The notes below the pieces were generated by a model. It was not told the DNA's origin, ran no database searches, and saw only the letters and a program-made list of their open reading frames with translations. DNA of 64,000 nt from Dehalococcoidia bacterium (GTDB lineage: Bacteria; Chloroflexota; Dehalococcoidia; Lucifugimonadales; UBA2985): the NCBI GenBank assembly GCA_963580875.1, contig CAUZMC010000002.1, positions 6,865-70,864 of the forward strand, read 5' to 3'. A program made the translations under genes and the position numbers. Shown in pieces: positions 43,647 through 51,857 of this stretch; position 1 is the first letter of the stretch, and each line of letters starts with the position of its first letter.

Positions 43647-45863
43647 CTAATTGTGGTTGTCAGCGTTGTCACCGCTATGTTCCAGTAGAAGCTCCTGTCG
43701 GTGTCCCCATCTCTTTAGGAAGCGACGGAAGTTGTTCTGGCTCAGGTTCTCTCTCTTCTCATTTGGCAGATTTGTCCAAACCCGGTGCTCGTGGCGTTGC
43801 AATGGTAAAGAGCCAAGGGCCATTATTCGATAACCCATATCCAAGAAACAGAAGCTGTATTCTAGGTCAAGGTTACGGTAGAAGCGGAAATTTTCACGCA
43901 TGAGACCTACTTCGGAAAGCAGAGCTCTGCGGAAAGCAAAACAGTAGCCTTGTATGGCGTCTACTTGGCCATTGTCGATCTCATTAAAGAGATGCATGTC
44001 TCTGCTGCGGAGTCCCCATGGCCCGGCTAGGCCTACCGATTCGTCTGATAGAGTCTGAGACAGAGGGGTCAGGAAATCTGCTGTTGCTTCTATTGAAGTG
44101 TCCATGAGCACTATGTAGGCACCGCGGCTTTGCTTGAGCAGAATATTTTTGGCCGCTGCCTCGCCTAGTACGTGGTCTGTATGAATTACCCTAATATGGT
44201 AGTCCTGAGTTGCCTGGTCTTCCAACCAAACGGATGTGCCATCTGTAGAACCGTTGTCAACAACTAGTATCTCCAGTGTATGGTTCTCGGTTAAGGGCAA
44301 AATGCTTCTGATGCAGCGTTGTACATCTGCGATGTAGTTGCAGGCCACAATACCAACGGAGAAGTCAAGTCTGTTAGGCACATGCAGTAGCGAAGATATC
44401 TCTTTTGAGGATGAGAATTCCTTCCAGCGTTCCTGGCGTTTTTCAAGGGTGGATTTTGGGCGTATCCGTGTTCCGGAAACGTCGTCTTCCAGAATGAAGC
44501 CCTCGTTACTGAGCTGCTTTCTTAGGCTGTCGGCCGCGGAGTAGTCCTTCTGCGTCTTCAGAGTTGTCCGACTCTTTGTGGTCTCAATTACATGCTCAGG
44601 GACGCTCCACGCTTGGACTGTGCTATCTAAATTAAGGCCCAAGATGCGGTCGAACTCCAATAGAAGTCCGAGTCTGGATTTCATTGGCATATCTGCTCTA
44701 GTCATATCCCATGTCAGTCCAAGAGCGCCTGGCATATCCAAATCGTCGTTTACTCGTTGCCAGAATGTCTGTCTCCATCCTTCTGTCTCGCTGCCGCTGC
44801 TGTCTGGTGATGCCTTTAGTGACCATTCCCACACCTTGTTTCGCAGCTGTTGAAGTCCACGTTGTGCTGCTCTGAGAGCAGTAAATGTGAAGTTCAGGCG
44901 GGAACCGTATTGCACAGTGAGACAGAGATATCTGTAGGCAATTGGGTCAAATCCTTTGTCTTCAAGGTCTTTCAGTGTGTAATCATTGGCGACGGACTTG
45001 GACATCTTTACTCCGTCTACTAGGAGGTGTTGGCCATGGACCCATATTTGTACAAATGGCTTGCCGAAAGCGGCTTCGCTCTGTGCAAGTTCACCTTCGT
45101 GGTGTGGGAAGATGTTGTCTACTCCGCCCGTGTGTATATCTAACTGCTCACCAAGGTATTTGGTTGACATGGCTGAGCATTCAATGTGCCATCCTGGAAA
45201 GCCGGTACCCCAAGGGCTAGACCATTTGAGAACCCTACCAGGTTCAGTTGCCTTCCACAGCGTGAAATCTTGCTTATCACGTTTTAGCTGGTCTACCTCA
45301 GTGCGGATACCATCCAGTAACCCCTCCTGGATATTGCCAGAAAGTTTTCCGTAATCCGGGAATTTGGAAACGGAAAAGTAGACGTTACCATGCACCTCAT
45401 AGGCGTATCCCTGTTCCTCCAATTTCCGGATGATCTGTATCATCTCCTGGATGTTGTCAGTGGCTTTCGGGTAATGAGTGGCTGGAAGAATGCCTAGCTT
45501 TGCCTCATCCTTGTGGAAGGCATCTGTGTAGAACTGGGCTATCTCCTGTGGGGGTGTGCCATCTGAGATGGCTGAGGCAATGATCTTGTCCTCGCCCTCC
45601 TCAAGCATCTCCTGGCGCATGTGGCCCACATCGGTTATGTTCTTGATGTGGATGACCTGTAGTCCTTGGCTTTCCAGTGACCTGCGAATCCAGTCGGTCA
45701 TGAGGTATGTGCGAAAGTTGCCAATGTGGGCGTAGCTATAGACCGTGGGGCCGCAGCTGTACATTCGCACTAACCCCGGCTCAAGGGGGTGAAGACCCTC
45801 TATTTTTTTGGAGAGAGAGTTGGATAATTGCAAATACGTATTCCCTCTTTTCAGCATTGGCAA
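43647..45863 (-). CDS. cysS: cysteine--tRNA ligase fused to a C-terminal GT2-family (GT-A fold) glycosyltransferase domain
   Basis: 738 aa. Residues 1-470 are a full CysRS, with HIGN (46-49), C37, WHIEC (225-229), HHE (254-256), KMSKS (286-290), a DALR-like domain and the usual C-terminal helix. Residues 471-500 form a linker. Residues 501-700 are GT2-like (FSVGIVACNY, EILVVDNGSTDGT, GAYIVLMDTS, GYCFAFRRALLSEVG). Confidence 0.88.
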   Translation of the reverse strand: MPMLKRGNTYLQLSNSLSKKIEGLHPLEPGLVRMYSCGPTVYSYAHIGNFRTYLMTDWIRRSLESQGLQVIHIKNITDVGHMRQEMLEEGEDKIIASAISDGTPPQEIAQFYTDAFHKDEAKLGILPATHYPKATDNIQEMIQIIRKLEEQGYAYEVHGNVYFSVSKFPDYGKLSGNIQEGLLDGIRTEVDQLKRDKQDFTLWKATEPGRVLKWSSPWGTGFPGWHIECSAMSTKYLGEQLDIHTGGVDNIFPHHEGELAQSEAAFGKPFVQIWVHGQHLLVDGVKMSKSVANDYTLKDLEDKGFDPIAYRYLCLTVQYGSRLNFTFTALRAAQRGLQQLRNKVWEWSLKASPDSSGSETEGWRQTFWQRVNDDLDMPGALGLTWDMTRADMPMKSRLGLLLEFDRILGLNLDSTVQAWSVPEHVIETTKSRTTLKTQKDYSAADSLRKQLSNEGFILEDDVSGTRIRPKSTLEKRQERWKEFSSSKEISSLLHVPNRLDFSVGIVACNYIADVQRCIRSILPLTENHTLEILVVDNGSTDGTSVWLEDQATQDYHIRVIHTDHVLGEAAAKNILLKQSRGAYIVLMDTSIEATADFLTPLSQTLSDESVGLAGPWGLRSRDMHLFNEIDNGQVDAIQGYCFAFRRALLSEVGLMRENFRFYRNLDLEYSFCFLDMGYRIMALGSLPLQRHEHRVWTNLPNEKRENLSQNNFRRFLKRWGHRQELLLEHSGDNADNHN

Positions 45864-45961
45864 TTAGATATAATTCTAGTCCTACAGGTGTAATGCTTCA
45901 ATCCCAATCTGTTAAAATTAACTCTGTTCATTTTGGTGGATTTGTTGTAAGGAGAAATGCA

Positions 45962-46804
45962 TTGGTCTCACACGGAAAATCAGGTATAACTCGCTGCGGT
46001 CCCATTGAGCTTGAATGGGGAAAGCGCACTTACATTATGGGGATAATTAATGCGACCCCGGACTCTTTCTCTGGCGATGGCCTAGGATTTGATGTGCAGG
46101 CGGCCTTGGAGCAGGCACTGCGATTTCAGGCTGAAGGTGCGGATATCATCGATGTTGGAGGTGAGTCAACGCGCCCCGGCTCCATGGCGGTTGACTCTGA
46201 TGAAGAGATACGACGTGTTGTCCCAGTAATACAGTTGCTGTCTTCACGGCTCGATATTCCGATTAGTGTAGATACCTACAAATACGCTGTGGCTAGTGAA
46301 GCCCTGGCAGCTGGTGCCACTATGATCAACGATGTATGGGGCCTGCAACAAGCCCCTGCCTTAGCTGACTTGGCTGCCAAAGAAGGAGTGCCAATTATTC
46401 TTATGCACAACCAGAAGGGCACCAGTTATGCAGACTTAGTTCCTGAGGTTATAGCGAGTTTACAAATCAGCCTTGGTCAGGCTCTGAAAGCTGGTATTCC
46501 ATTTGAAAATGTTATACTGGATCCAGGTTTGGGTTTCGGTAAAGCACCTGCTCATAATCTGGAAATTCTTCGAAGGTTGCAAGAGTTTAAGGCGTTGAGT
46601 GTGCCTATACTGGTAGGTACGTCTCGCAAATCAACCATAGGCCTTGTGTTGGGATTGCCTGTGGAAGAACGTTTGGAGGGCACAGCTGCCACAGTGGCTC
46701 TGTCAATTGCGAATGGAGCCGATATTGTGCGTGTCCACGACGTGAAGGTCATGACACGTGTGGCTCGCATGAGCGATGCAATTGTGCGTGGATGGGCAGT
46801 GTGA
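45962..46804 (+). CDS. folP: dihydropteroate synthase
   Basis: The track ORF (45707..46804) has a spurious 5' extension antisense to cysS. I prefer the TTG at 45962, with AAGGAG 7 nt upstream; an ATG alternative is at 45893. Motifs are IMGIINATPDSFSGDG, GADIIDVGGESTRPG, DPGLGFGK and GTSRKS. Confidence 0.88.
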   Translation: MVSHGKSGITRCGPIELEWGKRTYIMGIINATPDSFSGDGLGFDVQAALEQALRFQAEGADIIDVGGESTRPGSMAVDSDEEIRRVVPVIQLLSSRLDIPISVDTYKYAVASEALAAGATMINDVWGLQQAPALADLAAKEGVPIILMHNQKGTSYADLVPEVIASLQISLGQALKAGIPFENVILDPGLGFGKAPAHNLEILRRLQEFKALSVPILVGTSRKSTIGLVLGLPVEERLEGTAATVALSIANGADIVRVHDVKVMTRVARMSDAIVRGWAV

Positions 46805-46925
46805 ATCACGTACCAATATGATGTGCGTTGTTGTATAAATACCTCTTTCATTTACTTTTAACGGGATGTTTGGTTAGACTCAAAGAGTATTCGATAATAT
46901 TTTGAGAAATTTAAACAATAGACAA

Positions 46926-47423
46926 ATGGTAATAGTCACGGCATATCTGGGTCTTGGCTCCAACCTGGGAGACCGAGAAGGCAATCTGAGAAGAGTTCTT
47001 TCACTGCTCGGCCAGAAAATGGTACTCAAGGACATCTCATCTATATATGAGACAGAGCCATGGGGATACGCGTTGCAACCGACTTTTTTTAATATGGTTT
47101 GTGCCGTGGAAACTGGACTCAGTCCTCAGGAGTTGTTGAAGGTGACTCAGGAAATTGAGCGTGACCTAGGGAGGGCACCCACGTTTCAATACGGTCCAAG
47201 GATTATGGACGTGGACATTCTTTTGTACGGTGGATACGTGATAGATACGCCTGAACTCCAAATCCCTCATACGTATCTTTGGGAAAGGGCGTTTGTCCTT
47301 GTGCCTATGGCTGAGATCGCTCCAGGTCTGACTCATCCATCCCTTGGAAAATCCGTGATGGAATTACTTGCGCAGGTATCGGAAAAGGAAAAGGTGGTAA
47401 TCCTTGGGCGGATGTCTGCTTAG
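46926..47423 (+). CDS. folK: 2-amino-4-hydroxy-6-hydroxymethyldihydropteridine diphosphokinase
   Basis: The track start is the TTG at 46902; the ATG at 46926 gives MVIVTAYLGLGSNLGDR. Further motifs are IYETEPWGY, GPRIMDVDILLYG, LQIPH and ERAFVLVP. Confidence 0.88.
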   Translation: MVIVTAYLGLGSNLGDREGNLRRVLSLLGQKMVLKDISSIYETEPWGYALQPTFFNMVCAVETGLSPQELLKVTQEIERDLGRAPTFQYGPRIMDVDILLYGGYVIDTPELQIPHTYLWERAFVLVPMAEIAPGLTHPSLGKSVMELLAQVSEKEKVVILGRMSA

Positions 47424-47602
47424 CTACGCAGGTTGGGAGGAAGGAGGTTTGGAATGGAGTCATCTATTGGATAGTCTTCCTTGCAGTTCTCACAGTGCAT
47501 ATTTCCCTGCACAATCTCCACATCGTTTTCTTCTTTCACCGTTAGAGTCAGAGGACTTTTGCACATCGGGCATGCGAGGATATCTAGAAGGGTTCTTCTC
47601 AT
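47420..47602 (-). CDS. Trm112-family small zinc-ribbon protein (UPF0434/YcaR-like)
   Basis: 60 aa. The pattern is LLDILACPMCKSPL ... HCENCKEDYPIDDSIPNLL, with two CxxC pairs. It is convergent with folK and overlaps it by 4 nt. Confidence 0.8.
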   Translation of the reverse strand: MRRTLLDILACPMCKSPLTLTVKEENDVEIVQGNMHCENCKEDYPIDDSIPNLLPPNLRS

Positions 47603-47653
47603 ACTTTACTCCAAGCAGTGTTTAGCTTATTCAATTCCAATATTGCCTGTCGC

Positions 47654-48160
47654 CTATCTACCTGTCAACCCCTGCTGATAGATGAATGCCAGTAGGTCTG
47701 AGATGAAGAATACAATTATCCCAAGTATAACCGTTAGATTGATTCCAGACATGAGAGTCATAAAGTGGGTGAGGCGACCGCGTTTATGGATTGCTGAGGA
47801 TGCCGATTGTGATTGTGCTGGCCTACGCCTCTGCCATCGGCGACGTGCTATGGCAAACATCCACAAAGCGAGAGATATTTTTATGCTCGCAGTTATCAGG
47901 TAAGCAGACGGGGTCGAAGGAGAGGTTATTCTGTCGAATATCATTATGGTTCCGGTAATGAGAAGAACCGCTATACATGTATCCACCAGTCCCTTGAATT
48001 GGGTTAAGGCTTCTGGCCCCATTATAGTCCCATCGGTGCTTGCTTTTCGTTGCTGAGGTCTAATGACTATAACGTAGAAAAGGCTGCCTCCAATCCATGT
48101 CACGGCGGCCAGTGAGTGGGCCCAGCGTATCAGTAGTAAGAATCCCTCGCTTGGGCTCAC
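47654..48160 (-). CDS. hypothetical integral membrane protein (about 4 TM helices; CopD-like topology)
   Basis: 168 aa. It has hydrophobic helices and a basic loop (RRRWQRRRP). N-terminus is RWAHSLAAVTWIGGSLFYVIVIRP. The function is not assignable by eye. Confidence 0.6.
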   Translation of the reverse strand: MSPSEGFLLLIRWAHSLAAVTWIGGSLFYVIVIRPQQRKASTDGTIMGPEALTQFKGLVDTCIAVLLITGTIMIFDRITSPSTPSAYLITASIKISLALWMFAIARRRWQRRRPAQSQSASSAIHKRGRLTHFMTLMSGINLTVILGIIVFFISDLLAFIYQQGLTGR

Positions 48161-48451
48161 GACTGAAATCCTTTCAGGCTAGTCATCGGCATATAGATGT
48201 GTTGGATCCTAGGCTTTCGCGTTTCCTGTGTGCTACTTGGGCAGTTTACCGATAATATTGAGTGTCTCTTAATCAATGTATTTGCAGTTTAACATCTTTT
48301 GTTTGATGTTTACTCCGCTACATTGAGCCTTGCATCTAGTCTTTGATACTGTTTGAGAGTTAGATCTGGCGGAAAAATGAGTGAGGTTGCCTGGTAGATA
48401 TTTCTATAATTCAAATGATTCGAACTCCATTAATTTAATGGCAGCACATGT

Positions 48452-48480
48452 TTGACTACGCCTCGGTGATATGATATATT
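48452..48480 (+). promoter_or_regulatory. candidate sigma-70-type promoter for infC-rpmI-rplT
   Basis: TTGACT (48452-57), a 17-nt spacer, then TATATT (48475-80). It lies about 40 nt upstream of the proposed infC start. Confidence 0.35.
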
Positions 48481-48520
48481 TCGCTAGAGTTTTACTACAC
48501 ATTTCAAGTGGGAGAAGAGC

Positions 48521-49075
48521 ATACCAAAAGAGTATAGAATAAACCAACGGATTAGAGTGCCAGAAGTTCTCGTCATTGATGATGAGGGCGAACAGTTAGG
48601 CAGTATGCCGACATTTGAAGCCATCAAACTCGCTCAAGAGCGGGGGCTGGACTTGGTGGAAGTTGCGCCTGAGGCTCAGCCTCCAGTGTGTAGGTTGTTG
48701 GATTATGGCAAATTTCGTTACGTTCAGACCAAGAAGGATCGTGGTGGGCGTAAAACACAAAAGATAAATCTCCTGCGTGAGGTTAGGTTTCGCCCGCGTA
48801 TTGGCGACCATGATTTGGAAGCCAAGAAACGTCTGGTGAAGAGACTGTTGGATGAGGGATCTAAGGTAAAATTGACAGTAATGTTTAGAGGTAGAGAAAT
48901 AACGCACCAAGATATAGGTGTGGATTTGCTACGCAAGGCGGCCGAAGCCTTCAAAGACGAGGCCAAGCTTGAGAAGTCTCCAACTATGGAAGGGCGAAGA
49001 CTTAGCATCATAATATCTCCAATGGTCGTTAGCTTGAAGCCTGTGAAAGAACCTGAGGCGGTTGTAAATGCCTAA
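48521..49075 (+). CDS. infC: translation initiation factor IF-3, probable non-AUG (AUA) start
   Basis: The track begins at the GTG at 48557, but the conserved N-terminus KEYRINQRIRVPEVLVIDDEGEQLG is encoded in-frame upstream; the frame is open from 48488. ATA at 48521 sits 6 nt after GGGAG. There is no in-frame ATG, GTG or TTG in 48488-48556. Confidence 0.8.
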   Translation: MPKEYRINQRIRVPEVLVIDDEGEQLGSMPTFEAIKLAQERGLDLVEVAPEAQPPVCRLLDYGKFRYVQTKKDRGGRKTQKINLLREVRFRPRIGDHDLEAKKRLVKRLLDEGSKVKLTVMFRGREITHQDIGVDLLRKAAEAFKDEAKLEKSPTMEGRRLSIIISPMVVSLKPVKEPEAVVNA

Positions 49076-49265
49076 ACTAAAAACTCATAAGGGTGCCAAA
49101 TCCCGTTTCCACATTACAGGTACGGGTAAGATATTGCGTATGAAGGCGCATAGGAGCCATCTGCGCCGTAAGAAATCTGCTAGCGTGAAGCGTCAGTTTC
49201 ACCAGAAGCTTGCAGTCAGTCCATCTGATGTTCGTAGAATTCATACCCTGATACCTAACTTATAA
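49068..49265 (+). CDS. rpmI: 50S ribosomal protein L35
   Basis: MPKLKTHKGAKSRFHITGTGKILRMKAHRSHLRRKKS. It overlaps the infC end by 8 nt. Confidence 0.93.
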   Translation: MPKLKTHKGAKSRFHITGTGKILRMKAHRSHLRRKKSASVKRQFHQKLAVSPSDVRRIHTLIPNL

Positions 49266-49283
49266 CATACTGGAGTTGTTACT

Positions 49284-49658
49284 GTGCCAAGAGTAAAACG
49301 CGGGGTGACCACAGGGCACCGTCACAAAAGATTGTTGCATCTGACCAAGGGCCATAGGGGAGGGCGCCACAGTCTCTTTAAACAGGCCAAAGAATCTCTT
49401 CTGAAGGCCTTGAGTCATGCCTATAACCATCGTCGTGAACGTAAAGGTGATATGAGGCGACTCTGGATTATGCGTATCAACGCAGCTGCCAGGTTGCACG
49501 GGCTGTCCTATAGTCAACTTGTTTACGGCCTCAGTCAGGCGCATGTGGCGATAGATCGCAAGATACTTGCAGACCTCGCAGTGAGAGACGACGAAGCTTT
49601 TGCACAGTTGGTTTCTGTTGCCAAGGAAAACGCAGAGTCGGAAGCCGTTTTAGCATAG
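49284..49658 (+). CDS. rplT: 50S ribosomal protein L20
   Basis: GTG start. MPRVKRGVTTGHRHKRLLHLTKGHRGGRHSLFKQAKE...RRLWIMRINAAARLHGLSYS. Confidence 0.93.
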   Translation: MPRVKRGVTTGHRHKRLLHLTKGHRGGRHSLFKQAKESLLKALSHAYNHRRERKGDMRRLWIMRINAAARLHGLSYSQLVYGLSQAHVAIDRKILADLAVRDDEAFAQLVSVAKENAESEAVLA

Positions 49659-49859
49659 CCACGCTGTTTCCTCTATAGCGTACTGACTTCGCTCAGTTAT
49701 TTCCAATATGGGTGTCTATTCCTGTGGATTCCCCGAGCTCCAGGAATGCTTTGAATTTCTTGTGTGTTGTTTTCACTACGTTTGGTGCTAACAGATACCA
49801 TTTAGTGTTCCAGTAGCGATTGAGAGCATCTCTGTCGTGGACTAAGCTATTCGCAGGAG

Positions 49860-51110
49860 ATGCGTGTGCGGATTCTTAAAACGGCGGTTCGTTTTTCTTT
49901 TGTCTTGTTGATTTCTTTTGTGTTGCTCACCGGTAGGGACACTTTGAACCTGACGCCCATAGAAAATCTTGCTAGCACACACCTCTATTCACTTATGCAA
50001 TGGGAATTCGAGAACGTTCTGGACAAGTGGCTGTACAGAATCAGACTTCTTCTCCCCGGCAACTCTTTAGATGAACAGGCCAAAATTGCCCTTGTTCTCG
50101 ACTATTTCCAGCTATTGGAACGTGAAAGAGTTTTGGAGAAGGATATTCATGAAGTGAGGAACTCCTCTGCGGTTGATTGGAGCAGCTCTCTGCTTGACCT
50201 TGAAGATGAGCTGGCTGAAGTGGAGCAGCTGCGCGGCAAGATGAGAGATATGGTGGAGGAGATAATGGAAGGAAGGCTTGACTCCATTATAGCCGCCGAA
50301 GGGCTTGTGGTCGGAGGCCCGATGAAGGCTATTGGAATCCACTTTCCACCGGTAGATTTTCGGCTGGAGAAACCTCCACGTGTGTTGGTGGTATCTCCAC
50401 GTGATCGCATTGAGATGGTCGATGGCATTCTGTTAATACCTAACATTACTGTAGACGAGAGTGAGGCACTGGAGGAACGAATCTTTAAAGATAAGGATTT
50501 TTCCGTACTGGTGCAAGCCACGGGAGGGGTGGCCACGTACCCAGCGGTCGTTTCCACTGATTCCTCGCTGAGGGGTGTATTCATCACGACAGCCCACGAA
50601 TGGTTACACCACTACCTCTTTTTCCACCCTCTTGGCCGTACATACGGGACAAACTCAGATATGACAGCGCTCAATGAGACATTGGCCACCATCTTCGGCA
50701 AGGAGATTGGAGAGTTGGCATACAGTAGATTCGAAACAACTCCGTTGAGGTACATACGTCCGGAGTTGGCTGGAAATTCCACAGCGGCTGAGCACGAATT
50801 CGATTTCCGGGTGGAAATGCACATGACTCGCTTGAGAGTGGGGGAATTGCTCGGAGATGGGAAAATAGAGGAGGCTGAGCAGTACATGGAGGACAGGAGA
50901 CTCTTTCTGGCCGACAACGGCTACTATATACGCAAGCTGAATCAGGCCTATTTTGCCTTCCACGGAACGTATGCCGACAGCCCCTCATCCATTAGTCCTA
51001 TATTTAATCAGTTGAGCACTCTGAGGGATGCAAGCCTTTCCCTTGGCGTATTTGTGCGAGAAATGGCGGACGTCTCCACCTACGATGAGTTCCTAGAACT
51101 GCTTGAGTAG
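49860..51110 (+). CDS. hypothetical membrane-anchored protein with a gluzincin-like HExxH...NExxA metallopeptidase motif
   Basis: 416 aa with an N-terminal TM helix (FSFVLLISFVLLTG) and a coiled acidic region. It then has HEWLHH followed 22 residues later by ALNETLA, a thermolysin/M1-style third-ligand Glu context. Confidence 0.6.
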   Translation: MRVRILKTAVRFSFVLLISFVLLTGRDTLNLTPIENLASTHLYSLMQWEFENVLDKWLYRIRLLLPGNSLDEQAKIALVLDYFQLLERERVLEKDIHEVRNSSAVDWSSSLLDLEDELAEVEQLRGKMRDMVEEIMEGRLDSIIAAEGLVVGGPMKAIGIHFPPVDFRLEKPPRVLVVSPRDRIEMVDGILLIPNITVDESEALEERIFKDKDFSVLVQATGGVATYPAVVSTDSSLRGVFITTAHEWLHHYLFFHPLGRTYGTNSDMTALNETLATIFGKEIGELAYSRFETTPLRYIRPELAGNSTAAEHEFDFRVEMHMTRLRVGELLGDGKIEEAEQYMEDRRLFLADNGYYIRKLNQAYFAFHGTYADSPSSISPIFNQLSTLRDASLSLGVFVREMADVSTYDEFLELLE

Positions 51111-51294
51111 GAAACGACAGTGTTCGCTCTTCCAGAAGGTCAGCAGTTTGAGAAGATCTCCAAATGTGACCATGTTTACCTACTTAAACGCCGACGCTAA
51201 GTGATGGTCTAAGGTTAGAAACATTCTCACAGAGATCAAGAAGAAGATATAGCAATTCGCCTTTCTTGTAGCGCTTAAACGCCCTGTGATATGA

Positions 51295-51843
51295 TTGCAA
51301 CGAGTCCTATTTCGTCTGATGCCCTGGAGGAAAGCCAGCTTGTCATACGTACCATCCCAAAGAATAGATGTGCAAATTTTTCCGGCCTTCATGCGCAGGT
51401 TATCCAAGACTTGGCTCAGGGAAGTGGCTGAACAGGCATTGGAGAGCCATGGTGATGGAAACCCTATGAGCATTAGTCTTGTCATTGCTGACGACGAAAC
51501 GGTGCATACTCTCAATCGTGACTACCGAGGCTTGGACGAAATTACAGATGTTCTGGCCTTCCCTCTTTGGGAATCAAGAGAGAACGAAATACAGGGTGCT
51601 GATGGGTTTGTCTTGCCATCGGAAGCAACAATCCCTGTTGGAGAGATTGTAGTCTCATATCCACAGGCAGCAAGACAGGCCAGAGAAGGAAAGAAACTTC
51701 TGAGAGCGGAAATTGCGTTGTTGATAGTCCACGGGGTGCTTCATCTCCTTGGATACGACCATGCTGATGCTCAGCAGGAGAGCCGTATGTGGGCAATGCA
51801 GGACCAAGTCCTGGGGAAAGTTTCCATAGTCCCCATTAGATAG
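51295..51843 (+). CDS. ybeY: rRNA maturation endoribonuclease YbeY
   Basis: Zn motif HGVLHLLGYDH and the block ITDVLAFP. The true start is likely internal (TTG at 51340, 9 nt after GGAGG, giving about 167 aa). Confidence 0.88.
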   Translation: MQRVLFRLMPWRKASLSYVPSQRIDVQIFPAFMRRLSKTWLREVAEQALESHGDGNPMSISLVIADDETVHTLNRDYRGLDEITDVLAFPLWESRENEIQGADGFVLPSEATIPVGEIVVSYPQAARQAREGKKLLRAEIALLIVHGVLHLLGYDHADAQQESRMWAMQDQVLGKVSIVPIR

Positions 51844-51857
51844 GAGAGAGTTAAGAA

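Noticed and set aside
45707-45961. The 5' extension of the folP ORF begins MCESCQCG, which superficially resembles the micro-ORF peptide MCESCGCD at 26385.
   Set aside because: This stretch is the antisense of the cysS segment encoding AHIGNFRTY (the HIGH motif). It overlaps the cysS 5' end, so it is a shadow frame. The real folP start is downstream, at the TTG at 45962 or the ATG at 45893. The resemblance to the micro-ORF covers only five residues and is best treated as coincidence.
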